Below are positions 1-15,005 of a stretch of DNA of 64,000 nt, in pieces; within the stretch, counting starts at the first letter, position 1; each line of letters starts with the position of its first letter. Both the position numbers and the translations under genes were made by a program. The DNA comes from the human T2T-CHM13v2.0 reference genome, Homo sapiens. The DNA is taken from the NCBI RefSeq assembly GCF_009914755.1, contig NC_060933.1. One strand, 5' to 3'. Under the pieces are notes generated by a model. It ran no database searches. It saw only the letters and a list, made by a program, of their open reading frames with translations, and was not told the origin of the DNA.

Positions 1-720
1 AAGCTGTCTAAAGCAGTAGAAAGGAAATCTTTGAGCCACCAAGTTGTAAACTGAAGAGCTCCCCAAAGGCTCATGACATACGATACTGTATCTGGTCCTA
101 AGTCCAGCAGCTTGCCACCTAAAAGCCAGAGTCAAGACATGGATGGGTGGAAGGAAAAAATGGTTTTAATCAAGGTGTGAGAGCGGCAGGAAGGAAGATA
201 AAGAGAGTGGATGACTGAAGTATATTTTTAAAACTGAGGTCCTTAGTTACAATACCGTTGAGAGTGTGGGGGAATAAGGCTGGAGGGATGACCAGCTTCA
301 AAGGAGGCTGCTCACAGGGTTTCCTATGTGAGCACTGCAATCTGCAGTTATGTAACTTGGAGGATTAAGTGGGGCTGGAAACAGGAGGATTTATTGAATG
401 TCTGTTTTAGTGTTTTAGGAGTGGTTGAAGACGGCCCCACATGTCCATTTCTGTATAAAGGACAAAATATTCATTTTCCATAGAGGATAAAACAGAGAGT
501 CTCTGGACTGGAGACCACGGAGACCAATTGAGGAAAGGGTACAATATTGAAAACAAAGTACACACTGAAAATTGAGATTCGCAGCTTTTCTCATTTCTAG
601 CTTTTAGGATGCTGACAACAGGGCTTCCTTCCTCCAAAAAGAGAAATAAATAAATCAATAAATATTCATCTGTGGGGATTAGACCAGGTCAGTAAAGGTA
701 AGCCAAAAAATCCTGACATT

Positions 721-1047
<327 letters not shown>

Positions 1048-1810
1048 CTAATAGCAAAATAATGGTCCTAGTGGTGAGTTTCCAACACTAAATAACTAGA
1101 GGGATTTCAGGGCAAGCATGTGGGGCTTTGACTAGTAAGTAAAGACTAGTAAGTAAACCCTGGATTTAAATCACAATGTGAGTTCTGGAGATCTCACAGT
1201 GTGAGTTCTGGAGAGCTCTGAGCAGTGGAGAGATGGAAGAGGCTTCATGGGAGACTCATCCAGCCAGGAAAGAGAACTTTAGAAGGTTGAGCCTGAAAGC
1301 AGGGAGCTCACTGCGGAGGTGAGAGGGGTTGGGGGTTGGGGGGGCAGGGGGGAGGGAGGGGAGGTTGGCATTCAGTCCACAGGGCTCCTGGGTTTTTCTG
1401 AACCTAGAGACTTCCTAAAATATTTAGTATTCCTGAGATTAATGTCTATTACCTATTTTCTGAATGGCATGCTTTGTAGTTCTTCTTATAGGAAAGTTCT
1501 TGTTCATTATAAGACAATTACGAACTTCCTGAAACTCTAAAGAAAGCTGAATGTTGCAAAGTAAGCTCACGGCTGAAAATACTCTTCCATTTTCAACAAC
1601 CTTGTTACAAAACTCGGCAAAGAGAAGACTCTTAGTGAACACACAAAGGGGACCTGAATCAGGAGAAGCTCAGGCTCTCCCAGGAGCTCCCCTAAAGGGT
1701 TTAGGTGCGTCTCAGAGGAGCTTCCACAAAATGGAGTTCTCCTGGAAACAATCACTGACTAGTTGTTTTCTCTTAAAATATCAATTTCCTAAGAGTAAGA
1801 GAAAAATTAA

Positions 1811-2354
<544 letters not shown>

Positions 2355-2379
2355 TGAAATTCATGCTTTTCATTTAAAT

Positions 2380-2630
2380 TGTCAAATTTCTTGCCTTAAA
2401 GTTGTTCAGCATACATATTATTATAATCCTTGTAGTATCTCTAGGGTCTATAATAATGTCCCATTTTATATTCTTGATATTGGTGATGTTTTCCTTTTGC
2501 TAGGTGTTTTGCAGTTTTTAATAATCTTTTCAAAGCATCAGCTTTTGGCAGCACAGATTTTATTATTGGTCTGTGTTCCATTTCATTGGTTTTCATTTTA
2601 TTTTTAATTTTTTCTATTTACTTTTGATGC
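2380..2630 (-). mobile_element. Old L1M ORF2 fragment
   Basis: Degenerate antisense L1 text (ataatgtcccattttatattcttgatattggtga; atcttttcaaagcatcagcttttgg). Confidence 0.55.
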
Positions 2631-3439
2631 TTAATACTTTATTTTCAAATAGTTAAAATTTTATAAAAATCAAAGGTGCATATAAGGCTTTGACTTTAAC
2701 AAATTAAAGCAAAATGAGATTTTTACAACTTCTTCAATGTTAATTTAGTAATAAAATGTTTTTTATTAGCCAAAATATTTCTGCTTTTTCCAAGATGAAT
2801 GATTTCCCAATGAAGGAGCTTTGATTCTAAGAAATTGTTCTTGTCTCTTCTTGACTAAGATTTTTAAATGATGAAATGAAGCACCATTCTTTAAATGTCT
2901 CATGTAATATTTACTATAGACTGCTGATAATCTTTTAAAGCAGCTAAGGATGTTAAAATGCTGCCTTTGAGGTAACCAGCCATTTTACAGGAAATATGAT
3001 ACTATTTGGTGTTTTAAAGATGTTAAAATTAATTTCAGTCCTTGAAAATATGTATATAGATACGTATATAATTTACATGAGAAAATAGCCTTGGTATTTC
3101 AAGAGGAAATAAAAATTGTTGTGCCAAACTGTGCTGGGTTTATTATCTATATTCGAGTTATGAATTCATATTATTAAGGTCTTTTAATTCAAGAGATGAA
3201 GAAATAGTTTAAATATTTCACTCCAAGTGAATGGTCTGTCTCTTAGATGATTAAAGAAACAGAATAGTTCTCTACTTTTTGTCATAGTGACTAATACTAG
3301 CAAAGCACTTCAGTCCTTCTCTAGGAAAATCACCTTGTTTTTCTACATGATTTGTCTCTCAGTTACGCACATGTTCTATTTCCTGGGCAGGGGTGGAAGG
3401 GGAGTTGCTCTGTAGAATCTCTGGTCTCACGGCAGACCC

Positions 3440-3530
3440 TGTGAGCAAGAAATAAACTTAGAGGAGGCCAGCCACTGAGACTTGGAGGGTTTATTTGCCA
3501 TTACCGCACAGCCCATCTTATCCTGGAAAA
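3440..3530 (+). mobile_element. MLT1 (MaLR) LTR 3' fragment
   Basis: aataaac...agccactgagacttggagggtttatttg...cttatcctg resembles the MLT1 3' end. Confidence 0.5.
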
Positions 3531-5194
3531 TGTACCACATGAACACAAACATAAAAAACAAGACATTTTGTATTTTAAAAATATAACTCAAATTAAAAAC
3601 AACAAGCTTTTATAACCTGATGTTAGCATAATCATTTGCAAATATTACTGGATATTGTGCCAGTGGCTGTAGTTGGGATGAGGGTCACAGCTGTGCCGCA
3701 GAAATATGACCTGGATCGTGGGTCGGGAGAAATCTTTGGCCCTAAGTCTCTTGGCCATCAGAGGCAACTGCAAAATCAAGGTGCACCAAATACTCCCATT
3801 CTTGCTGCACTTTGTGATGAGCTATAGAAATTCAGAAAATGCCAGCCACCCAGGATGTTGGTTGGACCTTTGCCCTCAGAAGGTTTGCCCATCTGGGTCA
3901 TCATAGAGGAGATGGTGGCTGGACCAAGGCTCTGATAATCTGCTCCTAATGTTCATCTTTCTAGTGCAATGCCCATTCATCAGGACAAAGAGAGAAGGAG
4001 CCCTTTACTGCCTCTCCCTCCTGAGGGCCACGGGCTGTTAGGGCTGGCCTCCGTCCTCGATGCAGTGTGCAGGTTATTGTGGATGATCATCTTGGTACTG
4101 GGCCTCTCCTGCCTGCTGGGTCAGGCTTGGTGGATAAAGAGACTGGCTCACCACTGCAAGAGTCTTCTGGGCTGACATATGGTGAGTGAGGCATTTGATG
4201 GGTGTAATTCTGGTCTGCGGGATTTATTGCCGTAAGTTGGTCAGTGCTGCCTGGTGGTGAAGTGAAGCCATCCTTTGATGGCTTCATCTATTGCAGACAT
4301 GATATTCTATATCTTCTCTGGTGCTGACCCTCTTCATACCCTGCAACAAGTTCCAGAAGTGGAAACAGTAAAACATCTGCCTCTCTGTCACCACGTTTTT
4401 CTCTGTGATCATCTGAAGAGACTGTATGACATGAGCCTCTTCATCAGAGCTGAGCTGAGGCCTGGAGACCTGTGAGGTCACCGCATTGTGCCCATCTTCC
4501 TCTCATTAATGGGCAGGACTTTCTCATCTCCCTTTTCATCTTCCATGTCATCTTCAGTTTTCAGTGAGCCATCATTCCAACCTGCTGGCAAACACCCAGG
4601 AATGGAGGACATGGAGTTAGAAGAGACAGTGCATGAACAGCATGACCTTCTAGATGCATGACCACAACGCAGCTCTCTGAACGGCACGATTTCCCAAAGG
4701 CGCTTTGGGAAAACTTACCTGATTGTCCTCTTAGAAGAAACAGGTATCGGCCCACTGGGATAGTGGTGGTGCTCCACGATGAGACTATCCCAAATGCTAC
4801 ATCAAGTTACACTGGAAACAGCTCCAGTGAAAGACTTTAGCTCCATAAGGAGAACTTATTAGTGGGATACATAGCATGGTTCTTCCCTGGGAGTCTCTAA
4901 CCTGGTCACCCCATTCGCACATTTAAAATTATTTTACTAAAGACTGCAGGAATAAACCTCAGAAAACCAGTAGGTGCAGGAGAGGGGCTAAGGAAAGGGA
5001 GTTAGTTAAGGGTAAAAGAAACAATCATTTGGACTCTCTCACACACATTCTATTTCCTGGTTTTATCTTTTTTGGAGATGAAATCAATGATAGCTGAATA
5101 AGGCTCACAGCTGGAGGCTTGAAATTCTAGATAAGAAATTTCATGCCAATTTTAATACAACTGGATAGAAAAACTAACACCAGGTGCCTCAAGC

Positions 5195-5196
<2 letters not shown>

Positions 5197-5248
<52 letters not shown>
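5197..5248 (+). repeat. (CA)26 microsatellite
   Basis: Perfect CA run. Confidence 0.98.
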
Positions 5249-5249
<1 letters not shown>

Positions 5250-6669
5250 CAACTGGCTTACAATCCCTGCAACTAAAGCAAATCCAATTGCAGACAGTGC
5301 TGGACTCACTGGAAAAGAGCTGGTGATTGTTTCTCCACTGGGTGTCAGAAAGAAGCAAATTTGCAGCCTTTGGGCTGGGCTGCTATTGGTTGATGGGTGT
5401 GGAGTCCCCTCCCAGGTCTCCTTTAGAAAAGCTTTGGATTCCAGGTATCACCTCGGACAGCATTTCTTCATAGAGGATGCTGTGGTTCCTTCTTACCTGA
5501 TCACCTGTGGTAAGAAAGCCAAAGACTCCACCCTCTTCACCCCAGAACAGCCATAGAAATTCTCTGAGGCAGCAGGCTGACATTTCTAGTTAGCAGTTGC
5601 TTCTGCTTTGACTCAAGAAAGGTAAGTATTTCACTAGAGCTTATATTAGAAAATCTGGAGTTTGGGATTTTCTTGCTTTTCTTTCAGGGTTGTGAGCACA
5701 TACTACAGGAGAGCTGGCTTTGAAGCCTCTTAGGTTTGTTTTTGTACTCAGACCAAGCTGGGTCCCCTGAGCACTTTTGCATTGCTGGTAAGGAAGGTGA
5801 GCGCAAGCCTCTCTTTCACACACAGGTGGACTTCATTGTGATGCTATAGAAATCTCCTAAAGGACGCAGTGGCAGGACATACCCAGCATAGTAACACTAC
5901 CCTTCACATTGGTCATTTTGGTATAATTTTAAAACTCATACTAGTGTATTTAAGGCATTTTATAGTTATCAAGCAAATTTTACACTTTAATGCTAATAAA
6001 TAATTTATCCTACAAAATCTTATGTATACATGGGATAGATTAAATATGTAAGAAAGCATGATATATGTATGCTGATCAACTATAATTAATCAGCACGTCT
6101 GACTAGACCTGAATATAGATAACCACTCATTTCAGTCATGAAGCTCCAGGTGGAGTAGAATTATGTGAAGAGCTTGCAGAAAAATGATTTTGTTTGTTCA
6201 AATTCCTCTATTCAGCCAGATGCCAGCATTCATCTTGCATGCACGGTCTGGTCTTACTTTCATGGTTTTTGTCATGCTCTCCAGCCATCTTATCTGAGGG
6301 CGCTCTGGTGTTTCTTCCACCCTCAAGGCACGGTCATGGACCCAGGTCAGGGAAAACTATAGCCTGCACATTCATAGCCATGTCCTTATCTGCATCATGG
6401 CCACCTTCACATGACACGAGTTAGGACACCTCTGCATTTCTGTAATAACAGATCTCCCAGAACCCTCATTTTCTGGGCTTATACAGGTTGTTTAATGTCC
6501 ATCAAGTTAATTGAGTGAAATCAACTTTGACAACAGCCTTTGTCATCCATAGTGAGAGATAACTCAAGAGATACCATGTTTGATTTGGGTCCTTCCAGTT
6601 AAATTTCATTTTTACTTAAAAGCATGTGAAAGTACTGGTTCATTTAACAAAAGTATCATCAACTAGTTT

Positions 6670-8600
6670 CCCCCGATCTCTCCAGGGCACCCAGATCCCA
6701 GGGCAGGGTCCTGCTCCCTTCCTTCTCTCCCCACCTACGGAGGCGCTCTCCTTTCCTTCTCCCTCTGCCTGGGGAGCTAGCCTGAGCACCACACTGAACT
6801 CCATCAGACCCCAAGAAAGAAATCAAGAATGGCAACTGAAATTGGTCATGCTTGAAGCAGCACCTCCTGGAAGACCTATGAGTTTTGCTCAAGAAACTTT
6901 TGGGAACCAATAAAACTAAACTATAGTGATGAATATATATACATATTTTTTGAGCAGGATAACATTGCCAGGAAACTTGAACGTTACTCTTCAAGTATGG
7001 GATGTAGGGGGTGCGTACAATAGGCGGCAAGAAGGTGGATGCATTTATCTATGGACCACAGAGAATCCTCTTGTTACAAATTAGCAAAGCTTGGAGAATT
7101 TAAAAGATTGGTACAGCCAGGCGCGGTGGCTCATGTCTGTCATCCCAGCACTTTGGTAGGCCGAGGCGGGCGGATCACGAGATCAGGAGATCGAGACCAT
7201 TCTGGCGAACACGGTGAAACCCTGTCTCTACTAAAAATACAAAAAAAAATTAGCCGGGCGTGGTGGCGGGGGCCTGTAGTCCCAGCTACTCGGGAGGCTG
7301 AGGCAGGAGAATGGTGTGAACCCCGGGAGGCGGAGCTTGCAGTGTGCCGAGATCGCGCCACTGCACTCCAGCCTGGGCGACAGCGAGACTCCATCTCAAA
7401 AAAAAAAAAAAAAAAAGATGGGTACATTGTACCGAAGAAAGTGAGCGAAGAGTCAGAAGCTTTGCTACTGGTTGCCTTGGTGAGCAATAAAATTTATTTG
7501 GAGCACATGGAAACAGTAAAACCTGAAAAACACTTATGGTTTTGCCAGGAAAATGGTTTTAGTAGCCACTTTATCTCAGCCAAGACAGGAGACTGTCTTC
7601 CTGTATTTTCAGAAAGTTGCTAATGAAATCCTTGGACTCAAATTAAACAAATCAGAAAAATAGAAGAGTCAGAGAGTGGTGAAGGCAGGTATTGGAAACT
7701 ACAACCAGGCCCCCAGAACGGTGACTTCCTACAAGCTCTATGTCTGCATCCGTGAGGGCATTTGTTTTTAACTAATAGTTCTGGCTGCACCTCACCTCTG
7801 CGTGGGCCTGAGCATGTTTGGAAACTTGTTTTGCACGCAGCCATCTCTGTAGTTCAGTTAACACTTTCCTAGCTCACTTCATCATCAAGTGTTGCCTCAC
7901 AGGCCAAAGGCAGCTCCTTGGACTGGTAAGAATTCAATTTGGGGACCACAGTCTTTGAGTTCAAAATGGAAAGCTCATTCTCTGGAATTAGGCTGTTTCA
8001 TCCAAAAAGAATACTGGCTCTCTTTGTATCCTCCCCTTTTTTCTCCTTCATGTAAATACACAAAATATTGAATGGCTGCATGAAAGATGAAAAGTGTCCC
8101 AGTCTTCATCATCAGCCAGGATTTTGCTACAGCAGCTTCATTGTCCTACCTGAACTCGTACATGGCAAATCATACTTCAGAATGCAAGCATTTAAACACA
8201 GAATATATTTTACCTACAGAAGGTCCTTTGCCATTTTGAGTGAAAATATATAAACCTATGTCTAACTGAAAATGCTTGAAATAAAGTTGTAATCAAATTT
8301 CTTTTATTTTTTTAAAAAGAGCCTAAATTGTTTACGTCATAGCTTGTAAAAATAGTATCAGATATTGTATTTTTACTATTGTATGATGGTCACTATGTAC
8401 TACGTAACATTCAGGTTAAATAGCTTTATGAATTTTGATAAATGTTCCTCTGTAGCTCCACATGTAATTTCTCTTGCAAACTGTATAAGAATACTCCTAG
8501 AATGAGTTATGACAGATCGTTGGATCATTGTGGATCAGACCATACCTGATGTTCAGATATTTTTTCTTCCACAAATACATTTATTTAAATGACTTTTTAA
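6670..8600 (+). pseudogene. RAB28P: RAB28 processed pseudogene; CDS-homologous part ~6800-7755, outer boundaries approximate
   Basis: Fragments QLKLVML...[75 protein letters not shown] and RVVKAGIGNYNQ match RAB28. Intronless, with stops and frameshifts, interrupted by an AluY, followed by AT-rich 3'UTR-like sequence. Confidence 0.93.
7116..7416 (+). mobile_element. AluY inserted in RAB28 pseudogene CDS
   Basis: Y diagnostics (gaatggtgtgaacc, gagcttgcag); TSD AAAAGAT(T/G)GGTACA at 7102-7115 and 7413-7426. Confidence 0.95.
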
Positions 8601-9289
8601 AAGTGACATAAACTAATTGGGCACACTGTAATAATCTCAGGCACCACTGCCTGAGAACTGATGTTTCTGCTGCTTTTCCCTTATCTTGACCTATTCTTCA
8701 TGGTTACATGATAGTCATATACAGTATATGCCCTTGTTCATCTATAATTCAAGTGTATTCCTTTCTCTGGGCTAACATGGTTATTATTTTCTTTCCATTT
8801 GTTTTCAGAAAACAAATTTTATTTCATTACAATGAACTGAGCATGTTTATTTATTTTAATAAGTTGTCCCTGTATAATTTTATTGTGCTACCTTTTTTAT
8901 TATCCATGTCTTCAGAAAATATTTATGTAAGAAAGATATTCATAATACTGATGTATCATTATATTAATCTTATTTGTAATCCAATCATTTTCCTTTATAT
9001 TTCTTAAATAAACTACACTAGAATTATGTCACAAGTAAAGTTTTGTAGATCACCATCTTCTTACTGTTACTTTGTAACGGGAATTCTGAAATAACAATAT
9101 TATTGTAGCTTATATTATTTTTCTGTTAATCAAAGATACATTTAATTAATTAGAATTTTTTCCTTTTTGTACTCAGGTTCTACCACTCTTCTATTTTGCA
9201 TTAGAGAGTTCTTAAAGAAAGCTGTTGATTGGATATAGTAAATAATTTAAAAATCAATGTTTAATATATAAAGTTTTTCTTACTAAAAA

Positions 9290-9672
<383 letters not shown>

Positions 9673-11604
9673 GACCTATAAACTCTTTTTTTTTTCTTCT
9701 TATTCCTTGAAACTGCTCGTATTGCAAGTTTTTCATGGATGAAATATGGAATTGAGCAGATTCTTTTTTTCTACAAAATTATGGTATAAACTTGCTCAAT
9801 TTTCTATCTTATTGCTAATACATCTTACAGGCACACAGTTTGTAAAGTAAACCCCTTAAGGGCTGAGTGCGTAGAGTGTGCTGCAAGGTACAAGAAATAA
9901 GCTAAAAATGAGCATATAAACCTACATCTGGACCAACACGGTACTGAATGCTGGAGTCTGAGCAAAGAATGAGTGATGAAAACAGCAAAGCTGGAAAAAA
10001 ATGCTACTAATAATAATTTCTGAAAAGTCTATTAATGAAATTTTTTTCAAAATAGCCCAGGAAACCAGAAAGACAATGTTCTGTATGGAAACACTGTAGG
10101 AAGTTACAGTTTTGCATTCACAAATTACCGTGGCTCCTGTTTTATGGGACAGTAAAAGCTTACCACAATCTAGAGGTAGTTTTTACTCTAAGAAGGATGA
10201 TTGTATTACTAGACTGTGCCGTATCATATTATGCACGTGGTTCTTGTACTAAATGTAGCCCAAAGAGTCTGCTGCAATTTCGAAGAATCCGAACAAAAGC
10301 TAAGCGAAGTTCAGGAATGAAAGCAAGGTACAACTGCCGAGTTTCGCATGCAAGGCCAATGTACAACCCTGAATGCAACCAAATCTCAGCTGAAAGGAAA
10401 AGAAACATTTTCTGAGTTAGGAGACATTTGTGGAGATGCTCAGTACTGGAGAAGAGAAAACAAACAAAAAAGGCAGGGAAAAGAAAAATAAAAACACAAG
10501 TTACATTTGCATTTCATAATCTTACAACTATCTGTTTCTAAAGTACTGTCTTCCAGCTATTTTAGTTGATCATCTAATAAAAGCATCTTATGTTTTAAGA
10601 TTACAATGATGTTCTGGCCTAGGCTACCCCCTCCAACACCCCCAAAAAGTAAAGTTAATAAAACATGCTTTTGCTGAGATCTTCCTCATTCTACCATAAG
10701 GGCACCATCTCCCAACTGGTAGCAGATGCTTCTCATGATATTTTTTGTCACTTGCCAACAAGGCAGAAAATACTCTGCTGGATGAAATCACTGGGAACAT
10801 TCCAAGTTCAAAATGAAATGTTTAACTTATACGTAATACAAGTTATGTACAAGATCAGGAGCGGGGAAAAACCTGAACAAATCCTGGAACACACATAATG
10901 TATTTACGTTATGGGAAAAGGAGAGAGAACACTTCAAATATCAACATGTTCTGCGCTATTAACTCATTTATGGCAAAATGGCCACACCAAATTGCATGTG
11001 AATGTTAGAACCTCTTGGATAACCACTAGAAATACTTTTTTTAAAAAAAAGGAAAATGCAGAAATAACTACCAACAGTGTCTGCGAAGAGAGACTAAGTT
11101 AACATACATTGCATGTGTTGCAGGCAAGGCAGAGGCAGCTTTTTAAAGCTTTTGCACAGACTTCACATAATCTTAAAAAAAAATGTAGGCCTTCACAAGA
11201 TTTGACTTGCTGAAATCCAAACAATTTTGACTCACGAAAAGTCGTAAGACTTCAGCTGGAAAAAAAAAAAAAAGCTCTAGCCTCGGACCAAAAAAAAACT
11301 TGGAAGAACATGATAATTAGATTAAGCAAGCATGGCCAGGCTTGGAACCTGAATGTATTTTAAAGCAAAAGCTCAAAGGTGAGTGGGGAAGAGAACAACC
11401 TCTTTGGTGACAAGATGTACTATAATACCATGATATAAAAAAGGGTATGGTGAATATGTGAAAATGTACCTTTTACTAAAGCTTATACAATATACAAGTT
11501 ACTTGGTCCATAAAAACTATGTTAGATTTATGTCTTCTAGTTTGTTCAACTTGTATTCCAGCCACATTATTTACTTCTTGCCCACTTAAACAAAACCAAA
11601 CAAA

Positions 11605-11639
11605 AACCAACCAACCAACCAACCAACCAACCAACCAAC
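11605..11639 (+). repeat. (CCAA)n microsatellite inside the RBPJ 3'UTR copy
   Basis: About 8 tandem CCAA units. Confidence 0.9.
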
Positions 11640-11876
11640 AAAACAGCTGAAAAAATTAATTTCCAAGTTTTTACATTTTGATGTTTTTTTGTTTTACTGT
11701 GGCTTCTGCATTTCAAATCAGCACTTGCAGATAGATAGTGGGGTTTTAGAATAGTATCACCTGGTGTGAAAAGTTTTCCCAATAAACCACAAAAGACTGT
11801 TCATTTTTTTCTCCTTTTTTGTCAACTTTTTGCTGCACTCAAGTCCGTTTAAGTCTTAGCAAAAAGACGGTAGTTA

Positions 11877-12661
<785 letters not shown>

Positions 12662-12698
12662 TCAGACTGTGAATTCTTCTCCTTCTGATCCATCATCA

Positions 12699-13233
<535 letters not shown>

Positions 13234-13486
13234 TTACCCTTTTAAATAATTTCACATAGCTTCCCTAGTAAGTCGTTTAAATGGAGGCCACTTACCAAAT
13301 TTCCTTTTAATCCATGCCATGGTACCTCAAGAACATGTTAAGGTAAGTAACAGCTTGGAACTTTTCAATGCACCTCAAAACACCTCAGCCAGTGTATCTG
13401 TATCATTCTCCTTCATTTTGAAATAATAATGTTTCCAAAGAACTGTAATGCTTCCATTTGAATGATAGTCTTATAATTTCAATGAC

Positions 13487-13589
13487 GTTCCACAGGCTGT
13501 ACAGGAAGCATGGCAGCATCTGCTTCTGGGGAGTCTTCAGGGGGCTTTTACTCGTGGCAGACAGCAAAGCAGGAGCAAGTAACTTACAT
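13487..13589 (-). mobile_element. MST (MSTA/MSTB-like) LTR segment forming the 5' end of the RBPJ retrocopy
   Basis: gttccacaggctgtacaggaagcatggcagcatctgcttctgggg matches the MST LTR at ~41730; lies inside the retrocopy TSDs. Confidence 0.85.
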
Positions 13590-13952
13590 CCCCATAAACT
13601 CTTAAATGATTAGTAATCACAGACCATGATAACATACTAATTTTTATGTACTGGAACAACTAAAATTAAGAAGTCTGATAAGAGAAAGAAAATCCAACAT
13701 TACATGCCTCTGAATATGATTCAATAGGAAGCACACTGCACCACCTTTGAAGTATTCTTGCCAAAAGAATATAAAACTAAAAGAACTTAAATCAACCTCT
13801 TGTTCTAACTATCAGTTTATATGTGTTAAATTATACCATAAGGCTGCACTAAGCCAAACACAAAATGTGGGAAATTCTACAGGCGAATGACCTAGTTTTT
13901 TCTGCAAATACATGGAGTCAGGTGGGAAGAAGATATTGTGATCAATTAAAAC

Positions 13953-14429
13953 TGTTAAAGTTAAAGAAAGAGGAAAGAAACATGAAAAGTGGCTTAAGAG
14001 TCAAAGACAGGTTTATTTTGGAGAATAAACCTGAGAGGGGCTTCTGGCCGATTTCGGTTAGGAACACTCTCTCTTCCAGAGTAAGAGTATTTATTGGTGA
14101 GAGAGCTTATCACAGGCTTGGAATGTTTCTGTATGGGGGAGAAGCTCATGGCGGGGTTGGAATGTCTATGGTCAGAGGGGAGGTTTTCTTGGGGCTGACA
14201 TCTCTCCAGCTGGAGGGGAGGTTATCTGGGGGCTGGCATGTCTCTGGTCAGGGAGGGGTTTATCCTATGGTTGGAATGTTTCTGGTTGGACATGTCATTT
14301 GTGGTTTATGGTCATGCTGACCTTAGCCATTAGGCTGATGCCCTTTGGATTTAGGTGGTTTTTAGGTGGATCAAGGGGAACTTTAGAATGGTGGTACTTG
14401 TCCATGATGGCGATGCTCCTGCTCTGTCA
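13953..14429 (-). mobile_element. ERV1 solo LTR (MER31-like)
   Basis: TG...CA ends; minus strand starts TGACAGAGCAGGAGCATCGCCATC; AAAAC TSD at 13948-13952 and 14430-14434; inserted in an L1MC/ME 3' fragment. Confidence 0.8.
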
Positions 14430-14434
14430 AAAAC

Positions 14435-14840
14435 CTCTGTCAACCAAATGCAGTGTGCGTGGACTTGTTTGGATTCTCACTGAAAAAGAGATCTGTGAGA
14501 CAATCATGAAAACCTGAACACCAAACATTAGATGATATTAAGGAATTACTGTTAATTTATTTAGTTGTGTTAATGGTACTACTATCATGTATTTTAAAAG
14601 TCCTTTCCCTTAAAGATACATAGCTATATATTTTAAAATGATATAATATGATGTCTGGGGTTTGTGCTAAAATTATGCTTGAGTGTGTGTTTGTGGGAGG
14701 GATATATATGAAATTTTAAGACTACTCCATATATTTATAATTATTGAAGTAGAGTGTAAGGAATACATTGGGTTTTATTACTTTTGTCTCTACTTCCATG
14801 TATGTTTGAAAATTTTCATAATAAAAATTGTAAATAAAAG
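14435..14840 (+). mobile_element. L1MC/ME 3'UTR fragment (left part ~13700-13920)
   Basis: aaccaaatgcagtgtgcgtggacttgtttggat...tgtatgtttgaaaattttcataataaaa. Confidence 0.65.
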
Positions 14841-15005
14841 TCTAATAAAAATCATAGTTTTAAAAATTAGGATGAAAAATCATGAATAACAAATAAGATC
14901 TAATAAAAATATTGTATAGTGTCATAGTGTAAAAGTATTTTATGAAGACACATATTGGTAATTATATTTTAAAACTCCATAAATCGAAAAGTTCAACAAC
15001 CATAC

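Noticed and set aside
4263-4712. Two perfect 10-bp hairpins (4263-4286, 4690-4712)
   Set aside because: Stems are short enough to arise by chance in 64 kb; no pre-miRNA-length stem
7039-7623. 194-aa ORF
   Set aside because: Chance read-through of AluY into the RAB28P frame; lacks the GTPase N-terminal motifs
10164-10389. GLACE peptide as an RGS exon
   Set aside because: Lies inside the RBPJ retrocopy UTR; shows that by-eye motif matches can be spurious, a caution for the fossil-gene hypothesis
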